A DNA stretch of 64,000 nt, taken from assembly GCA_965203195.1 (NCBI GenBank), contig OZ241860.1:24433-88432 (forward strand), read 5' to 3'. Positions within the stretch are counted from its first letter, which is position 1; each line of letters begins with the position of its first letter. Shown piece by piece: positions 16,828 through 24,279 of this stretch. Source of the stretch: Dehalococcoidia bacterium (lineage in GTDB: Bacteria; Chloroflexota; Dehalococcoidia; Lucifugimonadales; UBA3495). A program made the translations under genes and the position numbers. The notes under the pieces were generated by a model that worked only from the letters and a program-made list of their open reading frames with translations, did no database searches and had not been told where the DNA came from.

Positions 16828-17865
16828 TTGGAAATTGGCAAACTGCCCCCCGAACTGCTTTCCGAACTCCTCGCCGACGCCGGCGCCCCCGACCCGCGCG
16901 TTCTGCTCGGCCCCGCCGCCGGCGAGGATTGCGCCGTCATTAATATGGACGGCCGTTTCATCATCGCCACCGCCGACCCGGTTACCCTGGCCGCGGCGCG
17001 CGCCGGCTGGTACGCCGTCCAGGTCAACGCCAATGACATTGCCGCCAGCGGCGGCATTCCCCGCTGGTTTCTGCCGACGGCGCTGCTGCCGGTCTCCTTT
17101 ACGCCCGATGACGCCCGGCGCCTGTTCTCCGATCTGGCCCGCGCCTGCCGGGACTTGAACATCGCCATCATCGGCGGCCATACCGAGGTGACGGGAGCGG
17201 TAACGCAGCCGGTCATCGCCGGCGCGATGCTGGGCGAACCGGCGCGGCCCGGCCGGGTCATCAATTCCGGCGGCGCCCGGGATGGCGACAGCATCGTCCT
17301 GACCACCGGCATCGCCATTGAAGGAACGGCCATTCTGGCCGCCGAATGCGCCGCCGAGCTGCGCGCCGCCGGCGTTGACGCCGCCGTCATCGCCCGCGCC
17401 GCCGCCTACCTGGACGCCCCCGGCATCAGCGTCGTCAATGCCGCCCGCGCCCTCTGCGACGCCGTTGACGACATCCACAGCCTCCACGACATCACCGAAG
17501 GCGGCCTGGTCACCGCCCTGCGCGAAGTGGCGGCGGCGTCCGGCCTGGGCGCGGTCCTGGAAGCCGAAAGCGCTCCGGCGCTGCCGGAATGCGCCGCCAT
17601 CTGCGCGGCTTTGGACATTGACCCGCTGGGGCTGATCGGCTCCGGCGCCCTGCTGGCGACAATGCCGGCCGGCGCCGTGCCCGCCGCCCTGCGCGCCCTG
17701 GACCGGATTGGCGTGGACGGCTGGGAAATCGGCCAGATGATTGAACCCGACCTCGGCCTCTGGCTGATTGACCGCGCCGGCGAACGCGCTATGCCCCGGT
17801 TTCGCCGCGACGAACTGGCCCGCTACCTGGAGCAGCGCGCGCATTCGCCGTCAACAGCGCCCTGA
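16828..17865 (+). CDS. AIR synthase-related (HypE/ThiL/PurM superfamily) protein
   Basis: GKLP, GEDCAVI, VNANDIA, GGHTEVT, HDITEGG and DPLGLIGSGALL motifs; TTG start after AAGGAGG (ATG 16798 also possible). Confidence 0.85.
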   Translation: MEIGKLPPELLSELLADAGAPDPRVLLGPAAGEDCAVINMDGRFIIATADPVTLAAARAGWYAVQVNANDIAASGGIPRWFLPTALLPVSFTPDDARRLFSDLARACRDLNIAIIGGHTEVTGAVTQPVIAGAMLGEPARPGRVINSGGARDGDSIVLTTGIAIEGTAILAAECAAELRAAGVDAAVIARAAAYLDAPGISVVNAARALCDAVDDIHSLHDITEGGLVTALREVAAASGLGAVLEAESAPALPECAAICAALDIDPLGLIGSGALLATMPAGAVPAALRALDRIGVDGWEIGQMIEPDLGLWLIDRAGERAMPRFRRDELARYLEQRAHSPSTAP

Positions 17866-17907
17866 ACGGTATCCCGGAACATCCGAAAGGTATCCCGGCC
17901 GGCGCGC

Positions 17908-17949
17908 GGCGGCCTATTCGCCCAGGTAGGCGGCCTATTCGTCCAGGTA
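17908..17949. repeat. 21-bp tandem duplication spanning the dehydratase stop codon
   Basis: GGCGGCCTATTCGCCCAGGTA followed by GGCGGCCTATTCGTCCAGGTA. Confidence 0.85.
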
Positions 17950-18903
17950 AAGGTCAATGCACTGCCGCAGCTGCGCCAGGGTTATGTTGCCCCCGCTTAC
18001 GGTAATGGAAACCTTGCGCCCGCGCACCAGATCGGGACGCCGCACGGCGCCGGCCAGGGCGGTGGCGCCGGCGCCCTCGGCCAGCGTGTGCGCCTTTTCA
18101 ATCAGCATCGCCACCGCCCGCCGGACATCGTCCTCGCTCACCAGAACGAAGTCATGCAGCCGGTGCCGCATAATCTGCTGCGGCAGTTCGTAGCCCTCGG
18201 CCGTGGCGATGCCCTCAACCCAGGTCTGCATCGGCGCCTGCGTCAGCTGCCCCTGCTGCCAGGACAGATACCCCGCCGGCGCCGCTTCCGACTGGACGGC
18301 GACCACCTTAATATCGGGGTTGAGCGCGCCCGCCACCACGCAGGCGCCGGAGATGCCGCTGCCGCCGCCCAGGGGCAGCAGCATCACCGCCACATCCGGC
18401 AATTCCTCAATGATTTCCAGGCTGGCGGTGGCCACGCCGGCGATGAGAGCGGGTTCGTTCACCGGATGAACATAGCGATACCCCTCCTCGGCGGCCAGCC
18501 TTTCGCAGTGCTGTCTGGCCTCGTCGAAGTGGGCGCCGTGGAAAATCAGCTCGGCGCCCAGGGCTTCCATAGCCGCCACCTTGTTGGGATTGGCGCCCAC
18601 GGGAAGCCCGATCAGAGCCCGGACGCCGAACTGGCGGCAGGCGCTGGCAATGGACTGGCCGTGATTGCCGCTGCTGGCCGTGATTATGCCCCGGGCGCGT
18701 TCCGCCGCCGACATATTCGCCAGCAGGTTGACGCCGCCGCGGGCCTTGAAAGCCCCCAGGGGCAGATGCTCCTCGTGCTTCAGGTACACCTCGGCGTCCA
18801 GGGCGGCGCTCAACGCCGGGGAATAGGTTAGCGGCGTGCGGGCGAAGTACGGGGCAATGGTGGCGCGGGCCTGATAGACATCCCGCAGGGTTGGGATATT
18901 CAC
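17935..18903 (-). CDS. PLP-dependent threonine/serine dehydratase family protein (no regulatory domain)
   Basis: GAFKARG, ASSGNHG, PLGGGSG, AEGAGA and SGGN motifs. Confidence 0.9.
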   Translation of the reverse strand: MNIPTLRDVYQARATIAPYFARTPLTYSPALSAALDAEVYLKHEEHLPLGAFKARGGVNLLANMSAAERARGIITASSGNHGQSIASACRQFGVRALIGLPVGANPNKVAAMEALGAELIFHGAHFDEARQHCERLAAEEGYRYVHPVNEPALIAGVATASLEIIEELPDVAVMLLPLGGGSGISGACVVAGALNPDIKVVAVQSEAAPAGYLSWQQGQLTQAPMQTWVEGIATAEGYELPQQIMRHRLHDFVLVSEDDVRRAVAMLIEKAHTLAEGAGATALAGAVRRPDLVRGRKVSITVSGGNITLAQLRQCIDLYLDE

Positions 18904-19046
18904 GGGTAGTTCTCTCCCTGGTAACGGATGGGGTTGGGCAACAGGCATCGGGCCGCGGGCAATAGGCCGGCAAGGATGCCGGCAAGCAGATTAGGCAAGC
19001 CGTCATCCGGTGTCAACCGCCGCCGGCGGGGAACGCGCCGCCGGCG

Positions 19047-19402
19047 GTGTACACGCTGCGCCGCCGGTGTACTGCCGCTATGACGACCGCAGTACACCGA
19101 TACGGGTACAGCATTTTGCCGGTACACCGCCGTTGCTGCCGCAGTACTCCGTGTACACTGGCGCATTGCTCCGTTACACGCGCCGCTGGACGGGGCGGTG
19201 TACTACATTCCGGGAACGCGGCGTAGCAAAAGTACACCGGCTGACCGCCTTGCCGTACACGCGCCTTTACACTACGCCATCGCCACGCCTTCGCCTGGCG
19301 ATTTGCGGCTACACTTTTCTGGGGCAGCGTTGTGTGCCGCAGTGCGCCCAAAGCCGTACCCTCCGTTGCGATGTACTGCATTCCGGCTACGCAGCGTTAC
19401 AC
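19047..19402. repeat. Dense degenerate array of GTACAC/GTGTAC motifs in a long intergenic region
   Basis: GTAC at 19049, 19069, 19092, 19106, 19122, 19144, 19153, 19200, 19232, 19255, 19356 and 19373, plus four YTACAC variants; both orientations. Confidence 0.8.
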
Positions 19403-19735
19403 CGCTTGACAGCCCAGCCGGTCGCCCTGGCCCCGTCCACCGGGGGCTGACGCGCTTGCCGGCGCCTGGGCATCCGTAGCCGCCCCTTTCCGGGCTATCC
19501 GACCCGCGCGCCGTCGGAGGCGCGGCATCGGCTATCCCCCGGCGTCTTTGCCGCCCCTGTCGCCCCCCATCGCCGCCAGCGAACCCTGCCCCCGCCGGAT
19601 GGCCGCAGCGGGAGGGCAGAAATCCCCAGAAACGCCCCAAATCCGCTGAAAACGGCTAAATGCGGCATTACTGCCATTGGCAACCCGCCGCCGGCTGTGG
19701 CAGAATGCCCCCGTAGCCGATAGCGTTCTGAAAGT

Positions 19736-19800
19736 TTCTAAAAAACTATTTAGAATGTTTTACGCTTGCTCTTGACATCGTCCAAGACATTTGCTAATTT
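19736..19800 (+). promoter_or_regulatory. AT-rich promoter with an upstream palindrome
   Basis: TTCTAAA-N6-TTTAGAA (19736-19755); TTGACA (19772)-17 bp-TAATTT with a TG extension. Confidence 0.7.
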
Positions 19801-19903
19801 CACTGGTGTAGCGGCCGGTGAGCCGGAAATGCAACGGAAACGAAGTACACGCCAACGCCGCCCGGCGGGTGTACGCCAATGCAGTACACAACGGAGGTGC
19901 ATT

Positions 19904-20128
19904 GTGGCACGCAAGACCAACCTGATGCTCCGTGTAGAAAAGGAATTCGACCGCCCGCTGGAGCGGCTGCTCCCCGAGCTGGTCAACGAGCAGGGCCTCA
20001 CGGCCACCGCCGACGCCATCGGCGTCAGCAAGGCCACCCTGGGCTACTGGATGCTCAAGCTGGGCATCAATGTCCGGCGCGTCGCCGTAGCCCCCGGCCA
20101 GGTGCTGGAAATCAAGCGCAGCGCCTGA
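19904..20128 (+). CDS. Small (74 aa) helix-turn-helix DNA-binding protein
   Basis: GGAGG SD and GTG start; GLTATADAIGVSKATLGYWMLKLGI is a Fis/Xre-like HTH pattern. Confidence 0.8.
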   Translation: MARKTNLMLRVEKEFDRPLERLLPELVNEQGLTATADAIGVSKATLGYWMLKLGINVRRVAVAPGQVLEIKRSA

Positions 20129-20266
20129 CCCCCTCTGGCAACTACGCTGCCGGCCGGCGGTGGCTCCCGGCACGGCAGCGCAGCGCGCGGCGTTGCCGCC
20201 ACTCAATGGCGAGCTGAGCGACGGCAACGCTGCGCCCGCCGCTATCGGACAACGATGGCGGCGGAA

Positions 20267-20310
20267 CGCAAAACGCCCCGGCCGGTGGCAAGCGGCCGGG
20301 GCGGTTTGCG
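20267..20310. terminator. Hairpin between convergent genes
   Basis: CGCAAAACGCCCCGGCCG / CGGCCGGGGCGGTTTGCG. Confidence 0.7.
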
Positions 20311-20369
20311 GTTCCTGCACGGTTCCTGCGCCGGACGGGCGCGGGACGGGCCTGGCGACCGGACGGCGG

Positions 20370-21482
20370 TCACCCGGCGAAGATGTCCTCCGGCAGGAAG
20401 GCCGAAACCGTTATGTTAGGCAAGTCCACGATGTTGCTCACCCGCAAATCCACGGCCACGCTGCAAATGATGTACGCCTGCTCCGCCGTCCAGCCCCGTT
20501 CCTGCAACAGGGCAATCATATTGAGCAGAGCGTTGCGCGCCGCCAGCGACAGCGCGTCCTCGCCTTCCTGGGTTCCGTCGGCGCGGATGGGGTAGCCCAG
20601 CGTGGCGGTGAAATTGCGCGGCGCGGCCCACTCCGGCGGCAGAAAGTAGCCGGGATGGGCGTAGCGCGGCATCGTTATGTTATGCCGCGCTGCCTGCCCC
20701 TTGTGTATGGCAAAACGCACCGCCGCCGTAGCCCCCATCTCAATGGCGGTGATGCAGACCTCGCCGTCGCCCTGGGCGAAATGCCCGTCGCCGGCCGAGT
20801 ACAGCCCGCCGGCCACGGCCACGGGGATGAACAGGCGGGAACCTTTCGTCAGCTGCTTGGCGTCCACATTCCCGCAGTTCTCCCGGGGCGGAATGGTGCG
20901 CAGCCCTTCGCTGGCAATGACGCCGCCGGCCGGAACCGCGTCCTCCGGGTCCGGCGGCGCGGCAATCCCGCCCCGGCGCGCGAATTCCGCTTCCCGCGCC
21001 GCCCATTCCTTTAACTGCGCGTACGACGGCGCCAGCCCGGCCGTCCCCATAAACGACCCGTCCGGTATGCGGACGCCGGGCAGCTGCGCCGAAGTCGCCC
21101 ACCCGTCGACTATGTTCCAGTGCGCCAGGTACGGCTCCGTGAATATATCCCGCAGAAAGCCGGCCCCCGGCCGGTTCCGCGTCCACCCGTAGGGCTGCGC
21201 CACAATGTCCAGGTATTCAACTTCCAGCAGGTCGCCGGGTTCGGCGCCCTTGATGTACACCGGGCCGGTAAGCGGATGTCCCACTTTGGCGTCCAGACCG
21301 GCCAGGTCGGCGGCGGTCATCGGCGGCCGGATTTGGCCGTCCGATGCGTCCCGCGTCTCCAGTACCACCTCCTCGCCGGGGTCAACCACCACAATCGGCG
21401 GGATGTCCGGGTGCCAGCGGTTGTGCCCCAGGTGGGCTTCCTCTTTAAGGCGCTTGCTGCGGTCAATGCTGATGGTCGGCAC
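20370..21482 (-). CDS. Acetamidase/formamidase family protein
   Basis: HNRWHPDIPP, HPLTGPV, GAEPGD, GNVD and GDGHFAQGDGEVC motifs. Confidence 0.92.
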   Translation of the reverse strand: MPTISIDRSKRLKEEAHLGHNRWHPDIPPIVVVDPGEEVVLETRDASDGQIRPPMTAADLAGLDAKVGHPLTGPVYIKGAEPGDLLEVEYLDIVAQPYGWTRNRPGAGFLRDIFTEPYLAHWNIVDGWATSAQLPGVRIPDGSFMGTAGLAPSYAQLKEWAAREAEFARRGGIAAPPDPEDAVPAGGVIASEGLRTIPPRENCGNVDAKQLTKGSRLFIPVAVAGGLYSAGDGHFAQGDGEVCITAIEMGATAAVRFAIHKGQAARHNITMPRYAHPGYFLPPEWAAPRNFTATLGYPIRADGTQEGEDALSLAARNALLNMIALLQERGWTAEQAYIICSVAVDLRVSNIVDLPNITVSAFLPEDIFAG

Positions 21483-21626
21483 GGCAGTGTCCCTCCTTTA
21501 TGTCAAATATGACTATCTTACCACCGCCATCCTTTCAATGCCGCCATCCCGTCCCGGAATCGCATCATTCCGGGGCCGCCCGGAGCCCTGCCCGATTAAG
21601 CCGGAGCCTTGCTTAATTAAAAGGAA

Positions 21627-21660
21627 GGCGGGGGTGAACGATTACTCGTCCACCCCCGCC
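21627..21660 (-). terminator. Terminator hairpin after the TPP enzyme gene
   Basis: GGCGGGGGTG / CACCCCCGCC followed on the minus strand by TTCCTTTT. Confidence 0.65.
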
Positions 21661-21691
21661 GCGCCTGGCCCCGGTCAGGCGTCCCGTCCGG

Positions 21692-23377
21692 TCACAACGA
21701 CCAGTCGTCCGGCAGTTCCGGCGTCGGCAGCGGGCGGATCATCACCTCCACCAGCGCCGGCTGCCCGGCGTCGGTGGCGCGTATCGCCCGCCGGAAAGCG
21801 GGCCGGATTTCCTCGGGATGCTCTACCCGTTCCGACCAGCAGCCCAGGCCGTTGGCGACGACGCTGAAGTTGCCGCCCAGCACCGCCATCTCCGGCGGCG
21901 TGCCGTTGGGGTTTTCCATGCCCATCATCCCGCCGCCAATGCCGCCGTTGTTGATGACCACCGTGAGGATGGGCAGCCCCATCCGCGCCGCCGTTTCCAG
22001 CTCCATGCCCGTCATCCCGAAGGAAGCGTCGCCCAGCAGGTGCGTCACCAGATGGTCGGGGCGGCCCAGCTTGGCGCCAATGGCGGCGCCCACCGACCAG
22101 CCCATGGCCGCCATGCCGCCCATAGCGACAAAGTTGCGCGGCTTGGTGGTCGGCCAGAAGGGAACCATATAACCCCGGCTGCCCCCGGCGTCGTGCAGCG
22201 CGATGGTGCGGTCGGGGTCAATGGCCTGATAGAGTTCTTGAACCACGCGGTAGCCGTTGGTCGGGGTTTCCGGGTCCATAAAGCGGGGCGTCCATTCGGC
22301 GGCCTGCTTTTCGTGGCAAAGCCGGATTTCCTCAGCCACTTCCGGTTTGACGCCGCCGCCACTGGGGCCTAGCCGTTCCCGCACCGCGTCAATGATGGCG
22401 CGCAGGGCCAGCCTGGCGTCGGCCAGCATCGGCAGGTCAACCTGGTAGGTTTTGTTCAAATCGGCCGGGTCGGCATTAATATGAATGACGCTGACGTCTT
22501 CCGGTATCGGCCGCCCGTCGGTGCCGTTGGGCTGCCGGAAGGAATTGCCCACCGCCAGTACTACATCGGCCTTGCGGTTGATGTGCAACGCCGCCCCCGA
22601 TGCGTAACGGCTGCGGGGATAGACGCCGCCGCCCAGGGACAGCGGATGGTTTTCGGGGAAAATGCCCTTGCCCATAATGGTGGTAGCCACGGGCATCGAC
22701 AGCAACTCGGCCAGCTCCATCACCTCATCCGCGGCCCCGGCGCTCATCGCGCCGCCGCCGGCGTTGAGAATGGGCAACCGGGCGTTGACCAGCAGCTCGG
22801 CGGCCCGCTGGACATCGGCATCGGCCGGCCCCGCCTTGCCCGGCGTGCCCACCGGCGTGTAGGCCAGCGCGGCGTCATCCCCTTCGGCGGTCAGTACATC
22901 CTGGGGCATTTCCAGCACCACCGGGCCGGGAGAGCCGGAACGCAGGGCGGTAAAGGCGCGGCGCATCACCTGCGGAATGTCCTGGACGCGCGTAAAAGTT
23001 CCCCGCCACTTGCACAGCCCGTCAAAGATGCTGGCGGGAACTTCCTGCTGCCATTCCTGCCCCAGGTTGCGCAGCGGATGCTGCCCCATCAGCAGCAGCA
23101 CGGGAATGTTGTCGGCATAGCAGCCGGCAATGGCGGTAAGGCAGTTGGTGGCGCCGGGCCCGGTGCCGGTCATCGCCACGCCCACCTCGCCGGTGGCGCG
23201 GGCGTACCCGTCGGCGATCTCCACGCCCAGCCGTTCGTGCCGCGCCGCAAAGGGCCGGATGGTGGCCGACCGGCGCAACGGCCCCCACAGCGGCGCCAGG
23301 CCGCCGCCGGAAAACCCGGTTATGTATCGTATTCCTTCCTGTTCCAGAGCTTTGACCACGGCTTCGGCGCCACGCAT
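21692..23377 (-). CDS. Thiamine pyrophosphate-dependent enzyme (acetolactate synthase-like)
   Basis: ARHE, ADGYARATG, GPGATN and GDASFGM...NN motifs. Confidence 0.9.
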   Translation of the reverse strand: MRGAEAVVKALEQEGIRYITGFSGGGLAPLWGPLRRSATIRPFAARHERLGVEIADGYARATGEVGVAMTGTGPGATNCLTAIAGCYADNIPVLLLMGQHPLRNLGQEWQQEVPASIFDGLCKWRGTFTRVQDIPQVMRRAFTALRSGSPGPVVLEMPQDVLTAEGDDAALAYTPVGTPGKAGPADADVQRAAELLVNARLPILNAGGGAMSAGAADEVMELAELLSMPVATTIMGKGIFPENHPLSLGGGVYPRSRYASGAALHINRKADVVLAVGNSFRQPNGTDGRPIPEDVSVIHINADPADLNKTYQVDLPMLADARLALRAIIDAVRERLGPSGGGVKPEVAEEIRLCHEKQAAEWTPRFMDPETPTNGYRVVQELYQAIDPDRTIALHDAGGSRGYMVPFWPTTKPRNFVAMGGMAAMGWSVGAAIGAKLGRPDHLVTHLLGDASFGMTGMELETAARMGLPILTVVINNGGIGGGMMGMENPNGTPPEMAVLGGNFSVVANGLGCWSERVEHPEEIRPAFRRAIRATDAGQPALVEVMIRPLPTPELPDDWSL

Positions 23378-23511
23378 AACGGCTCCTCCTTGTCGGCAGG
23401 ATGGAGCGGTTATGTTAGCCGGGCCAAATGCGCCCGCCGCCGCCCGCTCCCACAATGCGGGATGATAGGGCAACGGGGGCAAAGCGGTCAACCGGACAGC
23501 GGATTAACGAA

Positions 23512-23988
23512 TTACAAATCCCGCGCCAGATACTCCAGTTCGTCCAGCACTTCGGGGAAGGTGGGAAACTGGTAGCGTTGCAGAACCTCGCTGAAAATCT
23601 CCTCGCCCGTCGCCGGGTCATAGACCCGGTGGATGTAATCGTCCGGGTTATCGTGCAGGTTGTGATACTTGAGCAGGAGATTGCCGCCAATCTGCCAGCC
23701 GATGTAAGCGTACCTGAAACAGCGGACGCGATGCGGGATATGGGAATCATCGTACTCGAAGATCAGACGCACATCCAGCATTACGCCTTTCTCGCAACCA
23801 ACCGTACCCCTAACCAGCAGGTCTCCGGTATCCTCGTCCAATCCGATGTCCAGGGTATCCAAATACCGGACAACAAAAGAACGCTGCTCTAACTGGATGT
23901 CGAGGACGGCTTGGTAGTTCTCCCGCGACTGCCATCCGTTCGGGTCCGGTCGTTCCGGAATTCCAATGCGCGATAGGCAAAGAGCCAT
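23512..23988 (-). CDS. Putative toxin, DUF6516/TumE-like (start uncertain)
   Basis: RYAY...LLLKYHNLH..H resembles the Y.Y...RYDN.H pattern; overlaps an upstream small gene. Confidence 0.5.
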   Translation of the reverse strand: MALCLSRIGIPERPDPNGWQSRENYQAVLDIQLEQRSFVVRYLDTLDIGLDEDTGDLLVRGTVGCEKGVMLDVRLIFEYDDSHIPHRVRCFRYAYIGWQIGGNLLLKYHNLHDNPDDYIHRVYDPATGEEIFSEVLQRYQFPTFPEVLDELEYLARDL

Positions 23989-24182
23989 TTCAGAACCTCA
24001 ATAGTTTCCTGCATTTCGCCCCGCTCAACCAGCGTTGCCATTCGCTCGCTGGACATTTCGTAGCGAATTTCGTACTGGCGCAACTCGGCCTCAAGCTCGG
24101 CCAGCATTTCCCCCGGCGCGAGGTAGCGCACTGGAATGCCGGTAGCGGTTTTGCTAACCGCGGGCGTCTCTGTAGTGGTCAT
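23889..24182 (-). CDS. Putative antitoxin, TumA-like
   Basis: LRQYEIRYEMSSE...G.....W pattern; GGAGAGG SD. Confidence 0.55.
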   Translation of the reverse strand: MTTTETPAVSKTATGIPVRYLAPGEMLAELEAELRQYEIRYEMSSERMATLVERGEMQETIEVLKWLFAYRALEFRNDRTRTDGSRGRTTKPSSTSS

Positions 24183-24279
24183 GACAGCATCCTCTCCGTT
24201 TGATTTGGCGGTATCAGCCCGTTGGGACAGGGTTAGACAATACACCAATTGCGCGGCGTTGACAACGATAACGGAGCGG

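Noticed and set aside
19047-19402. CRISPR array or oriC reading of the motif cluster
   Set aside because: No constant 23-47-bp repeat with unique spacers and no cas genes; no TTATCCACA cluster, no dnaA/dnaN nearby, and no obvious skew switch across the site.
19010-19450. ORF-track proteins across the GTACAC array (146 aa +, 122 aa -)
   Set aside because: Their Tyr/Thr/Val/His/Cys-rich translations simply reflect the DNA motif in several frames; no SD and atypical codon use.
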